Both the position numbers and the translations under genes were made by a program. Positions 13,459 through 27,726 of a DNA stretch of 64,000 bases are shown here, piece by piece. The notes under the pieces were generated by a model that was given only the letters and a program-made list of their open reading frames with translations, was not told the DNA's origin and made no database searches. The stretch's first letter is position 1, and the number at the start of each line of letters is the position of its first letter. Origin of the DNA: Octopus vulgaris (taxonomy: Eukaryota); contig OX597816.1 in NCBI GenBank assembly GCA_951406725.2, positions 143,096,001-143,160,000 of the forward strand. Reading direction: 5' to 3'.

Positions 13459-15565
13459 CTAAATAAAAAAATAAACAAGAAAAATAGAAAAAATATTTCT
13501 TGCTCCTTTAAATTATCACATAATTTATAATACAAAAAGTAAAAGTAGTTTTACCCTAAATACCTGTAACACTGAATAGATAATTAAAAGCCAAATGACA
13601 AGATAAAATTCAATAAACTTTCATTCTACAATATTTTTTTTTTTTAATTTAATATGAATTAACAAAGAAATTAAAAGAAAATGAAAACATTACATTTTAA
13701 AACTGAATTTTAAAGTACGATTTTAAATTCCATTTTCATACAAAATTTTTATCTTATAATAGAATTTCATTAAAGCATAAAGATATGACTAAAAGGACAA
13801 CAATCAATACAGAAAATTGCAAAAATATTTTCAAAACTAAAATGAATCAAAAATTTTTTATTGGCAGTTTTTAAAATGTCTAACAACTGGGAAATATGAA
13901 AAACATTATGGAAGAGTTAGGTCTATATTCATTTAGTTGAAATAACTATGTTGCTGTTTGATAGAATATTTCAATATCCAGGCCCTTTTACCTTTTACTT
14001 GTGTTTCAGTCATTAGACTGTGGCCATGGTAGGCTTGGCCTTGAAAAATTTTTAGTCAAATGAAATAACTTTAGTTCCCTTTTTAAGCCTGGCACTTATT
14101 CTATCAGTATTTTTTGTCAAACTACTAAGTTACACACCAACACACGCACACGCACACATATATAAAAATGAGCTTGAAGGGATATATTATTCATGCAGCT
14201 ACTGTATTAGCTCTCAGTTAAGTTCCAGTTAACAGCCAACTACAACAATCAATATCTAACAACTGTGTCTACATTTAGTTGTTAGTCGCTCTGTGAATTT
14301 TTTCAATGGGTAATTCTGTGTACTCTTTCCTAAATATAGTTGATGAAGCTCACATGTCTAATACTTATTGTATCAGCCCAAAAGGAAATGAAAGGAAAAT
14401 TTAGTCCTTATGGAATTTTAAAATTTGAATATAGAAATATGGAACTAAATGCTGATATTTTAATCCACTAATTTGTTTACTTAAAAAAAAAAACAACAAT
14501 ATTTTTCAGCTTCATAAAACAAATATGAAAGTAAATAAAAAGTGAGAGCCCAATTTGACATATTTCCCATCTAGTTTAGCCACCACTAAAATGAAATAAA
14601 TGTTTAAAACTTTTTACTTAAATTAATTCCTAAGTTAGAAATAAACCTAAAATCTTATGAAATGAACAGAAAATCAGAACTTATGTTCCTTGTTTCATCA
14701 GATGTGCTAATATCAAATAAAATAGCATTTAAGAACAACTATTTTCAAAATTAAATTATATAATAGATTAATGCAGATAAATAAATATTTTCAGTAGTTT
14801 TGTAGAAACCAGTACATACAGATATCTTTGAGTTGTTATTTTTTTATCTAGAAATTATCATAAAATAAGCTAATTACTTCAGTATATGTTACTTTGTTTT
14901 TTTAACTTAAAAAGGATGTAAAACTATGTCAACTATAAGACAAAAAAGTGAAAGAATTTAGCATAATATAGTAAGCAGTGGCAGATGACAGCATGATAAA
15001 AATTTAATGATGATTCTTTTGTACTACTTTTAAGAAAAACAATGCTATGAAACATAAATTTGATAAGAAGCTCACAATTGAATTAGTTCAGTTGGATTGG
15101 AAAATAATCTAAACAGTTTGAAAAGTAAAAACCATTGTAATAAATATATAAGGGGATCTAAGCCAATGGTGTGTGACAATAGTTGTGAAAATTATTAATG
15201 AGCTTGTGTGTCCAAAACAAATAAATTTTTCTTTTTATTGTTTTGTTTTGTTTTTCTTAAATACAGTTTTATAATATTTGAAGTCACAAGAGGAAATATG
15301 GAGAACATTATTGCAAAGCAGGTTTATTATGTACATTATGAAACTTTAGAGTTGCTAGTTTATAACCTCAGAATTCTCAATGTAGTTTTGGTTACATAAA
15401 AGAATAAGAAATTCCTAGTATACAAGAAGACAAACTATTGACTTATTCTTAAAAGTAATTTACTTCAGAAAAATTACATTATTACAAAATAAATTTCTAT
15501 TCTTATTTTAAAAAAACTAACAAATGATATGGTTTTCCTTAAATCAGTTTAAAAACGATTCTTAC

Positions 15566-15701
15566 CCTTTTTCTACAGCAGCATATGCAAAGCCTGATTT
15601 CCAACAGTATAAAAGGCACATGTTCAAAGTCATATTCTCATTAACTATTGCATTTTGGTTTAGTCTCATGTTAGTGGCTTTATAACATCCAAGGTAAAAA
15701 C
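15566..15701 (-). CDS. WSC domain 2, N-terminal half exon (GFYLGCYKATNMRLNQNAIVNENMTLNMCLLYCWKSGFAYAAVEKG)
   Basis: 136-nt exon with ctccttctAG acceptor and GG|gtaaga donor, phase 1-2. It carries the YLGCY, MTxxxCxxxC and YAAVExG motifs and an NMT sequon. Confidence 0.92.
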
Positions 15702-18010
15702 CTAGAAGGAGAATTGAAAAAGCCTAGGTGTTAATTTAAAGAAAAAATGTCATAGTTTCTTTCTAATAAAAAGGTTAAAATTCTTTTAGCTTTAAAATAT
15801 ATTAAAATAACTTGTTTGGTAAGTAACTTAATCAGGGAGTTTGGAAGTGAAACAATTACATATGAAAAGGTGATGGCAACCTATCTAAAATGTATATCTA
15901 CTTCTGTACATCCACTTTAATTTCATTTTGTAATAGTATCATATACTATTATGTAAAAGAAAGTTTCTTATACATCTATAACATAGTCACTAACCATTAC
16001 ACAGAATCTGAGATGCAGTAGGTAACAAAGTTGCAGGTATACATCAATAATTTTTAAACTTTATCGTACATAATATTACAAAATAAACGGTATGTATGGG
16101 TTTCAAATGGCTATAATGACTACATGATGAAACTTAAAAATAATTTGTTTTGTCTTATTTACATTGTATCTTCTTGGAAATATTTTTTCTACCCAATAGT
16201 CAGGGAGGGTCAAGCTGCCTTTGGGACTAGGTTGATTTAAGATATGTAATTAGATGAAGTAAAAATACTTAATATTATAGTTAGTAATTAGTACAGGTTA
16301 GTTGTGATGAAGCTATGACATACTGTAGGTTTTACAGTGATATGTGATGGACTGTGGTAAAAAAATCTCCCAGCAGTATCTTCTTATAAAAGCTTGTCTA
16401 TAAGCATTTACTTATAAGTAAAATACATATACACTTAAGTAAACTCCTAGCTAAAAAGGTTCACCATCACTAGTGTAGGTATAGTCTATTGGAAATGTAA
16501 GTAAAAAAAGAAATTTCAGAAGGATTACAGTTCTATGGGACAAAAGATCAAAGTCTCTCAAATAAAGTTTTGCTTATGAAGTAAAGTCAATGTTGAAAAG
16601 AAATAATTGCAACAGCTATGATAGAACTATGTGTGATAGGGATATGATAGAACTATCAAGTTTTGAAGAGAAGCAGTGAAGCTAGATATTTATTGGTTAG
16701 TATCAGGTCAGCCCTGACAAAGCAGACAGGATTAATGGCATTCTGGCCATGACCTATCTTTATTTTAAGATGGAAGAGTGTAGAGTATGATGTGAGAGTA
16801 TTTGGCTGCTACTTCTAGCAGACATAATTACCACAAAAGAGATTCCCTCATTGACTCCCCAAATATTTGCATTCTCAATACAAATATGTCTGGGAGAATA
16901 ACCTATCAAAGTAGTTTTTCTTTTTATGTAACCAAATAGTTTACTAACTGATGTAAGTGCTCTATTCTAGATATGCTAGTAATATTCTATTACAAAATCA
17001 TATACACAGCCTAAATGTATTTACATTTAATTTTATTTAGTTAAAGTGAAATTTCAACAAGAACACAATAGAAATTTTTTAAATGACATCAAAATTAAGT
17101 CACCTGGCACAGCTTGTGCATACTCTGCATACACCTAGTGAAGCTACTTGAATCTTGTAAATTATTGAAGGCTACATCTAAATTCTAAATGTTGTTATAT
17201 CACTGAACTATGAACTTAATCACTATACACTGAATAATCTATAATCTATAAAAACCAATTCTTAGAAAATGTGTTTATATCTTGACTTTCCTTTCTTAAT
17301 ACATATCATCTTCTTAAGAATGTTTTAATTTAGCTTTCGGAACAACAGCAACCTATTATCTCTCATATTCACTGACAAGAAAATAGCAAACAGTCTTTGA
17401 AAAGTGAACATCACAATTCCAAACAAAATCTTTTTGGCAATCTTTATATCCAACTTAAACATAGATGTATTAGAACACTCAATACTGCATTATATACCTT
17501 GAGAAGACTTCTCATGTGCACACATGGTGCTTAGAAGCACTCATATTTATATCATTGGCAGATGAGAATAACTCGTACAGATTCTGGAAATGCCCAGCCT
17601 CTTCAGTAGCATATGTCCAGTAGTGACATAACAGCTGAATCTCACTGTCAACAATATATAGAATTTCAGTGTTTTTTCAAGCATTGATGTCACAAATAGC
17701 TAGCAGGTTTATTAAAAAAAAAAAATTTATTATTTTTCAAAATCTATATATTGGTAAAATGTCAATGACAAGTGAACATTGTCATCTGAAAGTTAATCAT
17801 GTACTGCACACACATACACATTCATATATAACTTTACTATCAACACAATCACCACAATATTAACTATAAAACATTTTTTTAAATTTTAACTGAGAGAATT
17901 TAGCCAAGTTAAAGTTGAAATCAGACAAAAGTGCCCTACATGTTGTGGTGGTTGTTGTAGAGCTGATGTTATGACACTGTTTAAGGTTGTAGATCCAGCT
18001 GTACCATAGA

Positions 18011-18730
18011 CAAGGTCTGATCAAAAAGTATTGGAACTGTTGCTATGGTAACAAAGCTAAAATACACAGAATGTAGCTGCTTAGCACAGATTGACTTTGA
18101 ACTCTGTTGTACATGCATACTAAGTGTAATGCTCTCACCCACTTCTGTTGTTTATAACAGTGCTTGGAAGCAAAGTGTTTAGAAAGTGATTGTCTCACTG
18201 AGAAGATTAAACAGAGAATCTGCATCAAATTTTACTAACAGCTTCGTGATACCTACACAAACTTACACAAAGTTGTATAAAGTGTATGGAGAGAAGTGTA
18301 TGAGCCAGACATAAGTATACAAGTAGCTCAAATGTTTCCAAGATGGCTGACAAAATGTCAACAGTGATGAACATTCTGGGAGACCTACAATCAACAGGGC
18401 TAATGCAAACATTGCAAATGTGTATGCATCTGTTTGGAAAGGCCAATGAATTGCCATGCATGAGTTATTGGAGGATGTGAACATCAGCTATAGTTTAGTT
18501 CAATCTATTCTCACTGAAAATTTCAGAAATGTGTCTCACAAGTTTGTGTTAAAACTGCCTTTAGTTGCAGCAGTTTTTGGTCAAGCACAACATTCTCTTG
18601 ACCCAACAACCACCATATTCCCCAGATTTCACCCCTTGCAACTTTTTCCTCTCTCCAAAAATCAAACACCATTTGAAAGGAACATTTCACGACATCAAAG
18701 GAATCCAAGAGAATGCAACAAGGCTTGTTT
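18011..18730 (+). mobile_element. Mariner remnant, internally deleted
   Basis: The start CAAGGTCTGATCAAAAAGTATTGGAACT resembles a mariner TIR. HTH-region remnants (...DEHSGRP) and PPYSPDFTPCNFFLSPKIK (YSPDLAP motif) are present. The right end is approximate. Confidence 0.8.
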
Positions 18731-19792
18731 TCTTGATATATACAATGATTGTGTCTATGTTACAATTAAAGGAGCTTAAGATTGGTATGACTACATTAAA
18801 GGATGTTCGTGAGATTTTTGTACATGGAGTCAGTATAAATTTTCCATGAGATGTTTAGGTTGCACTAGGGTTCAGAAGATTAAGAAGGAATGAAAGATGG
18901 TGTTGCCTATACAAAAGTGAATATTGTCAGAGGCCATGGTATTTTCATATTGTCTTAAAACATTAACAAAATATAGAGTTGTTTTGTTCCCTAACCAAAC
19001 TTCATATACAAGAAGATAAAGAGATTTTTAAAAAAGAGAAAAAAAAAAGAAAGAAGTAGAAACTAAAAGAAACTAGAAACATTACATTCCAAAAAAAGGG
19101 ATCATAAATAAAGATGTCTTCCTTTATATGTATATTAAATGCTTTTTCTCCCATAACTAATTCACTCTGAAGGGAATTTTACAAACAATAAACAGAACAG
19201 ATTAAATTTTCATTACCCAACCTATTATCTTGTGCAGGTGATGAACTCCCAATATATTTTGAGGCTATTACAGCTTAAATGCCAGCAGTCAGCTCATGAA
19301 TCCTGAACATTTTTTTTCCAAATAATGTTAACTTCACTTATCTGGTAGTATCAATGAGCTGGAACCAAAAGTGTCGTAAAACCATTCTAATGATCCAGTA
19401 ATTCAGACTTAATGCTCCCACTGACAGGGACATGGCACCTGATTGTCTGCAACCAAGTAGATATCCAGCTTTAAGCATGTTTTGCTGTGTGGAATAATAG
19501 AGACTCCTTGCTGGGGCCCCCACTGCTGGGTTTTCAAACTCAAATAATATTTTTCTTTTTCTGTTTTTAAACTGAAACATCTCAGACTTCAAATATTGAA
19601 AAATCTGAACTATATTTTATGCTAATAAAAAGTTTCAAACCAAGACTATATTATTAAGCATATAAATGCATTACTATACCAAATCTTTCAGTTTCATGTT
19701 GTATTGTGTGTATTGTTAATGTTTAAGTATGAATGAACATTGCTTAATAAACTAGTTTATTACACCCAATCAGAATGCAATATTTTACTTAC

Positions 19793-19828
19793 CATAAGTT
19801 GTAAATCTTCCTGGGTATATATGTGCAC
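19793..19828 (-). CDS. 36-nt inter-domain linker microexon (SAHIYPGRFTTYG), phase 1-1
   Basis: ttatcatAG acceptor and G|gtaagt donor. It is open and in frame between the 23340 and 15701 exons. Confidence 0.7.
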
Positions 19829-21297
19829 CTATGATAACCAAATGATAATATTATATACAAATCAAGAGAACTCTAGAGCTCAAACTCAAAATATACATTA
19901 TTAAAATGAAAGAAACACATTAATCTAAAATACTTACTAACTTTTCATAATTATTTGAAATAAATAATATAAATTGCAAACATGCACAGACAATTAAAAA
20001 AGGAAAACAGTCTCAATTTGCACTTGCTTTTTCCCTTTTCTTTTTCTTCTATTTCTTTATTACCAACACATTTTGTTGTTTATTTCCAAGTTGGCCCTGA
20101 TCAAGCTGACATGACTATGTATTTAAACCTCCCCTCCAGCCATTAATAGCATATCTTGGACAACATCAAGTGAAACAATTTCATTTCAGAGGCTATTTTG
20201 CTGGAAGCTTACCTTTTACTTTACAATTAGTTATATTAGTCATTAGAAAGTTATTTTCCTTTCCATGATTTTAAAATGAAACTTGTCAGTTGGTGGAAAC
20301 AGTTAAGGGGGAAGTTCTACATAAATAGAATTTTGTAGAAAGATTTTACATTGAAAAACAGGGTTTAAAGAAACGTAAAGAGAACAGCAGGTAATGGAAA
20401 GACATTGCAGAATGGCTATTCTAAGAGACTGAGAAATTCAGTTAACAAGCTCAGAAAAAACAGCTTAAGTAGTCAATAAATATACCTTATGACATATGTT
20501 TAAAGTCACTACTAAATAAAGATTTTCTGACTAAATAGCTTTATTCCATTTGAAGTTCACTATACCAGCCTTTTAGTAAAATTCCATAGTTGTCTATGGT
20601 GAGAAAGAACGTGAAAAATAGACATCAACATGGTCAAAAAAAAAAGTAAAATCTTGTGGAAAGTCTGTAATTTTCTTTGATAAACATTAAACATGATACA
20701 AATTAATATAGTAATTGGCTACTTATTTCTTTTATGACCATATTTTTAATCAAATAGACTGTTTCAATTAGTTTTGAAAAGAATCAAGTATTTTAAAGGT
20801 TTTAATAAAATAACTAACATTGTTATTATGAAGCTGATGTTCAAACAGATATTCTGACATAAAATTACGAGGGCAGGTTTTGATTAAAACATTAATACTT
20901 CAAAATGGATAGTATTGCATGACAGAACCAAAAGTAGTCTCAGACAAGTTGATGCCAAAGAAATTATAACTATTTTATCAACAAAATAAGTTTTACAACA
21001 CTTTATACTTTTGCATACATAGTCACTGGTGACTTCACTGTCATATAATACATCAAAATTAAGTCAACTTAGACAAAGCATCTCTCCCCAGGATCTTCAC
21101 TGCAGATTGGATTGCTTCAGATACAAGAGCAAAGGAGTTAAATCCCTGACCAATCTGGACTGGGTGTATTTTATCAAGAAGGAGGAGAAAGAAACAGTGA
21201 GGGGCAGAAGGTGTGTAATCAACCAAACATGCTTTAAAACAAAGACACACATACATATATGTGAGTGAATGTGAGTGCATGTATGTGTATATATATA

Positions 21298-21681
21298 TGG
21301 ATCAAAGCAGTTTGATTCAAACTCCTTGGTACTCTGAGTGTCAAGTGTGACGCTAATCTTTGGTCATAGGAGTTTGAATGAGAGGTCGGTTGGAGAGAAT
21401 CAATGTTTATTACAGGATGCTAGCCTGCGATTGGTTGAGAAAGGTCATGTAGTGTCACAGTTTGATGTTGGTATTTTAGCCACAACAATTACTTGGAAAA
21501 TACTACGAGTAATTTTTGTCACTGAAATACCAACATCAAACTGTGACACTGCATGACCTTTCTCACCCAATCACAGGCTAACGTCCAGTAATAAACACTA
21601 ACTCTCTTCAACTGACCTCATTCAAACTCCTATGGCCAAAACTCAAATTCCAAGAAATTTGAACCAAACTGTTTTAATCCA
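21298..21681. mobile_element. ~385-bp fold-back (palindromic) MITE
   Basis: The left and right halves are reverse complements, e.g. GAGAAAGGTCATGTAGTGTCACAGTTTGATGTTGGTATTT vs AAATACCAACATCAAACTGTGACACTGCATGACCTTTCTC. TA flanks. Confidence 0.8.
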
Positions 21682-21735
21682 TAAATGTAATTCCCAATAA
21701 ATGTGTTGAGTGCCCTTCTTTTATTTGTCTATTCA

Positions 21736-21773
<38 letters not shown>

Positions 21774-21777
<4 letters not shown>

Positions 21778-22233
21778 GCTGAGTAAAAAGTAAGCAATGC
21801 TTTCAAACATGAAATTCATCACAATATATTTCAACAATGTGGAAATTTTATTCATCAAAGTAAGTACCATTACAATCAACACATTTTTACCAACAAGTTA
21901 CAAGTTTGTTTATTCCAGTAACATAAAAATCCAGAGTTCTGGAGCTGATGAACTCTTTGAGTGCACTTTCAGCATCGGTTTGGTTTTTGAACTCCTTCTC
22001 TCGCAGGAAACCAACATGGTGCTTGAAAAAGTGGCAGTCAGTAGGGAAAAGGTCTGGGGAATAAGCTGGGTGGGGAAGGACTTCATAGCCAAGTTCCCTC
22101 AACATATGGAGTATCATTAGTGAAATGTGCAGTCAAGCATTGTCACGAAGAATATGTTTTAAAAAATTCAAAACTCTGCAAAAATCCAGTACAAATTCTT
22201 CATGGTTCAAAACATTGCTTGCTTTTTACTCAA

Positions 22234-22237
<4 letters not shown>
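21774..22237 (-). mobile_element. Internally deleted mariner with both TIRs, inserted in (TA)n
   Basis: TIRs TCAGGCTGAGTAAAAAGTAAGCAATG and CATTGCTTGCTTTTTACTCAACC. ORF 21887..22117 gives LGYEVLPHPAYSPDLFPTDCHFF, a mariner C-terminus. Confidence 0.88.
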
Positions 22238-22278
<41 letters not shown>

Positions 22279-22339
22279 CACACACACACATGCACATGCA
22301 CCTGCGCATGCACACACGCACACACACAGAGACAGACTT

Positions 22340-23060
22340 GGGTCAGAATGATGATGGCTGTCCTAGAGGTGCTACATCTTACAGAGATGACAAAGGACTA
22401 TATTGATTGTTGATGTATGGTGCTGCAGAAGACTCGACCACCCATGGCAAAACATACTGTGACAAGGGTAGTGTTTAGAGGTTGAGATATTTTGTACCCT
22501 GCCAAGCCTACATTTGTTTTTCCCTCACCTTGCATCTCTGATACCTCCCTGTCATCTACCTATTGCTCACTACCCACTTCATCCATCTTCTTATCATTCA
22601 CCCCACTTCATCTCTCATCTCTACACCAACTGTACTGACCACATTATCCTCATAACTCTAACCCTCTCATCTTACACTAAGCCTATATATATATAAGAAA
22701 CTGCATCAGACATCCCACATTCCCTCATTCACCTAATACATTCTAATTTTGTCCTACTATGCAGCCAGCCATCACTTTCTCTCTTTATCTCTCTCTCTCC
22801 TCACTGGGTCACCTCTATTGTTACTCAGCACCAATATCTTTGCCCATCACTGCTGTTATCAATTTTTCCCCTTCTGACTCCACCTCAAATAACTGCTTTT
22901 TTTTCAATCATACTCTTGCTCCTTCCAATTTCTGATGTCATTACTCTCTTTCTTGCTTCCCTCCTTAGCTACCTGAGGAAATATACACACCCTGGGTTAC
23001 TGAGTACACACTACACTTACATTTATACCCTTGTCCCAACCCTTAGCAATGCATTTCTGG
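22340..23060 (+). mobile_element. RTE LINE 3' fragment (ORF end plus pyrimidine-rich 3' UTR)
   Basis: LTEMTKD...VLQKTR resembles the ORF ends of the other RTE copies and is followed by a C/T-rich tract. Boundaries are approximate. Confidence 0.5.
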
Positions 23061-23339
23061 CATATGCTGTCAGCACTCTCACTCCTTTTCGTGTTCTCAA
23101 CTTAAATGCATTGAAATGATTTTGTTCAGTTAATAGCAAAAGTTCAAAGAAAATTTCAACAGTTTTAACACACAAAGTATTATCACATTTAGGTTTTGTA
23201 TGTGTAGCAAGCAGATAATTTTCAAGTAGTCTTCATATATTTTAACTAGATAACTGAAGGTTATTTTTTCCAAAAATTTTGGCTTTATTTGGTATTTCTT
23301 AGTATATTAATAGTTACCAATAGAACAAAATGTACTTAC

Positions 23340-23464
23340 TATGTATTTGAAGTCTTCTATTACCACCACACATCTGACGTTCATTAGCTGGACATGTAAA
23401 ATTGCAATCAGTATCAGGAACCTTTATTAAATTGTCATAAACTTGCCCACATACGCAAAAGAAC
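23340..23464 (-). CDS. WSC domain 1, C-terminal half exon (FFCVCGQVYDNLIKVPDTDCNFTCPANERQMCGGNRRLQIH)
   Basis: 125-nt exon with ctttttAG acceptor and A|gtaagt donor, phase 2-1. It carries the CxCG, CxxxC and CGG motifs and an NFT sequon. Confidence 0.9.
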
Positions 23465-23754
23465 CTAAAAAGATTAAATCAACTTTGGCAATAAATATAA
23501 CATAAAAATAATTTTATATCATTTATTTCTAGATTATTACACAATACTAAAAAGAAAAGATACCCTCTTAAGTATCTATGAAAGAAAATAGAATAAATAT
23601 CATCCTATAAGTCTCTAAATTATTGAATTGTGTGAATGGATAATTTGTTTACTCAGTGTGCAAATGAAGTAGATACTTGACTGAGCATATTTTAGGTACT
23701 GAAACAATGATGTATGTATTTTAATTTGATGTATAAAAATTAGATAAGTTGAAA

Positions 23755-24030
23755 TTTATTTTATAAAATAGGTCTAGAGAAAAGGGCAAAGCCCCTTCAC
23801 AGCCAACTAAGACTGGAAAAACTGATGCTGTTAACATTCCGCTTAAACTTTTGAAAAGTAGGTGAAAACATGTGCAGGGCAGAAATTTCAGGGAGTCAAT
23901 GCTCTGGTGAGGAAGAACTGGATGTAGCGATCAGTACAAGGACTAAGGAGTTAAACAAAACATGAGTGATGAAAGGAGGAGATACAAGTGAGTAGCGAGA
24001 CTTGAGTGGCAGTGACAGAAATATGCATGT
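23755..24030 (-). mobile_element. Old L2/CR1-group LINE 3' end remnant
   Basis: Minus-strand remnant TDRYIQFFLTRALT resembles the SFFPRTxxxWNxLP C-terminal motif and ends in an A-rich tail. Confidence 0.4.
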
Positions 24031-24742
24031 GTAACAACAGTATTAGGTCAGCATGATTTAATCAATAATTCATGTATTTGACCTTTATAAACAAATTTGT
24101 TTCTTTCTTAACTCAAATTTTTCTCCAATATCATCTTTCAAAGTATAAATCTTAAAATATATAAAAGATACTTTTTCTTGTTTTTGTTTTTCTGTAACAA
24201 ATCTTATTTAATACATTACTTTTAACATAAGTCTACCATAATGCATATAAGTATTGAACTACTATAAACAGTACAAAATTCTATCTTTATAATATTTATC
24301 AATATTTAGTACCATTATAGTAAAGTGGTACTTATGCCCATAATATAATAATATCCAACTGAGTCAAGAAATACTTTATCACCTCTTGAAAGCTCTGCCA
24401 TGATTATGGTTTTCATTTTCTTCCTTTCTTTTTCTTTTTTTTTGTTTTGAAAGAAAGACTTCATCAAAACAAAATTAAAATTACTATTGTGGCTAATTCT
24501 TACTTTCTTAGGTAACTTTGAAGGTGTTTATCATTGCTTCTCATCTGTTGATCAATCTGTTTAGTTGTGTGTGCATAGATGTGTGTGTGCACATGTGTGT
24601 GTGTGCACACATGTCTGTGCATGCGTGTGCGTGTGTAATTTTTTTCTAACTTTGGTACATGTCACAAATTTGTAGGGAAAGTATAGTTGCTTAAATCAAC
24701 TGTATTACTTGATTGGAATTCTATCAAAGTCAGAAGGATTAA

Positions 24743-24963
24743 CCCTTTCGTTACCAACCCAGCTGAAAATGGCTCTGGCTCTTTAGTACAAATGTCTTGT
24801 TTACATAAGTTTTGAATTCAAATCTTCCACCAAATCTTAGTCACAAATTATGTTCTTAACACTAGCTCAATGATAACGATATTATTTTACTAAATTCTTT
24901 GTTATATTCAAAATAATTGGAAGAAACACAGAGCATCTCAAAATAAATACAGTAACGAAAGGG
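24743..24963. mobile_element. 221-bp piggyBac-type MITE nested in a SINE
   Basis: TTAA duplicated at 24739-42 and 24964-67, with perfect 12-bp TIRs CCCTTTCGTTAC / GTAACGAAAGGG. Removing it restores the SINE core GAAGGATTAAAGGCAAAATTGA. Confidence 0.9.
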
Positions 24964-27726
24964 TTAAAGGCAAAATTGAACTTAGTAGGATTTGAACAAG
25001 GCAAAATTGAGCTTAGTAGGATTTGAACATAAAGCTTAAGACTCAAAGGGCTGTAACTAAATATTGCAAAGCATTAATCTCATTAGTCCTTTTATTTACT
25101 TTAGAGCAGAGAATTTTCTAGGTCCATTGACAAAATGAAAAGCTGTTCCCCATGTACACACACACGTGTGTGTTTGAGCGCATGCACATTTGTGTGTATG
25201 CAAAGTAGAAAATGTTCTAAATACATGCCAAGTTTATTTATTCATTCAAAGCCACTGATGTTTCAATTTGTCAGTATTTTGAATTTCTTACTTATAACAT
25301 GAAATTAACTGATTTGTGTCTTCAGTAGCATGACTTTTGGTCAAAACTCTGAGCAGTGAAAACTCAGCTTCAATTCAATTTTATACCATTCATATTGAGA
25401 TTTCCTCAGGTTTTTATGAATATGCATTCATTCATTTTATACATACATTTGTACATATGCACGTGGATAGCCTGTGGAGATGCTAGAGCAGATACATATA
25501 TATATAGATATGTGCTGTGTACAAGAAGTAAGAAGGTGGCAAGCTTCAACAATTACTCATGCACAAACAGTAATCAAGTACACAGACTAGACACATTATT
25601 GGCAGAGAAATGTCCAGATAAAGTAATCAAGGTAGTCAGAGTGTATGCAATAGAATAATTGAGATTAGGCTAGTCTTGAATAATATGATAGTGAAATTTA
25701 TCACTACTTATGCACCACAATCAGGGTTCCCAGATGAACAGAAGGACTGACCATTTTTATGAAGCCTTCTTGGAGATTATCACAATAACAAATGACAGTG
25801 ACTTCGTTATTGTAACCGGCAACTCTAATGGACATGATTGATAAACTTATGACAGCTTTTCCAGCATACATGGAGACTATGGATATTGATACAAAGAATG
25901 AGGAGGAATCAAGGCTCCTGAAGTTTTGTGATACAAGTTATTTATTTCAAACATTAGTTTTAGGAAAGTGACCAGCCATCTGATTACCAATCAGTTGGGG
26001 TAACACACAAGCCAGATAGACTTTATACCCACTAGGAAATGGAATAAACAGATTGTTGTAAAATCTAAGTCTTTCCTTGAGAAATGTATCACTCAACATA
26101 GACTAATGATAGCTGATTTCAGAGTAAAAGTTAGATAGGCCCATAGGTACAAAGAAAATTTGAAAAGGAAGACATGGTAGCTGAAAGAATCTGCAACCAG
26201 CTCTAGGTTCAGATAAGTTCTTGTTAACATATATGACAGAACAGAGAAAGAGATAGTGATTTATAACATAAAAAGACAATAAGAAGTGTCTGTGGGACAA
26301 CTTGCTGAAGACTATAAACCAAATATGTGGCTATTGCAAGGTTCCAGTCAAGTGGAAAGTGGCACAATAGTGGAATAGTACTGTTGATAGATTTGTAAAA
26401 GCTAAGAGACTGGCTTAGAAAGAAATGAGGCAGCAAAGAACAATTCAAGTAGCTTGAAGTGAAGCTAGACCTCAGGTATACTTAGCAAGAGGAGAAGCAG
26501 GAAGTAAGATGTGTAAACTTCTTTCTTGCACATGTTGTGATGTGAAGATCATAAACATAAGGTATTCTGGATTGCAAAACAGTGCACTAGAGAAAATCAG
26601 TATGTTGTTGAGAAGTGGTTACAGACTGAAATGAAAGAAGAATGGAAATGCTATTACAAAAGGTTGTTGAATAAGGAGAATACATAGAAGAGAGAGGGTA
26701 TATCTTAAGTAGACCCAACAAAGGACCCAGCAATTCTAGTAGACAGCAGTGTTGTCACTAACACAATTAAAAATAAAAAAGCAGGGAAAGCAGCTGGTCC
26801 ATCAGAAATAATCGCTGAGATGCTTAAAATATCTGGTTAAGTAGAATATATGCATGTCACTCAAACAATCAATCAGGTAGTACAAGAAGGTGTCATACTC
26901 AATGGCTGATGCAGTAATGTTATCAACTACTGCAAGGTCAAAAGAGATGCAGCAAAGACTGGTAACAACAGTGGCATTAAATTGATGGACCAGATTATGA
27001 AAGCTGCAGAAAGTTAGGAACAGAATCAGTCTAGCTGAAATTCAATTGTACTTTGTTCTTGGAAGATTTACTATTGATGCCATCTTCTGAGTGAGACAAC
27101 TGCAAAAGTTGGGAGAAGATAAGAGTAAACCTCTATCCCTAACATTGTTGATTTGCTGAAGGCTTTTGATAGATTTCCATGCTCAGTAGTTTGGCAGTGA
27201 CTAAGAAAACTAGGAATAGATAAATGTTTTATGAAGCTAATACAAGCCATGTACAGAGGTGCATTCAACAAGGTAAGAGTTAACAATAAGTTCATGATTA
27301 ATTTAGTATGTATGTAGGGGGCCATCATAGTACAGTTCTTAACACCTTTTTATTATAGTAGCCTAGGCCAAACCAGAAGTTCAAGACCAGCTGTCGGTGG
27401 GAATTTTTTTTATTGCTGATAACCTTATTGTAGCTGAATTTGAAGAAGATTTAGAGAAGACATTCTAAGCATGGAAGCAAAACCTAGAACCAAGATAGTC
27501 TCATATTAAAGTTTGCAAAGAGTAAAGTTTTAGTAAGAAGAAAAGAAGGCAGTGCCTTGCTATTATCAGGGAAATAGCCATGCTTGATATGCAGAAATTT
27601 AATATGGTGTATTCAGTTTAAACTTTGGACTCTCAAGATGTTAGGGTTAGGGAATCATAGACAGGTTAGAGGAGAAAGTAGACTTCATATATGGTAGATG
27701 TGAAGGAATACCTAGTAATAAGAATA

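Noticed and set aside
19338-19592. ORF containing GYLLGC, reminiscent of a WSC start
   Set aside because: It lacks the WSC cysteine pattern and usable splice sites.
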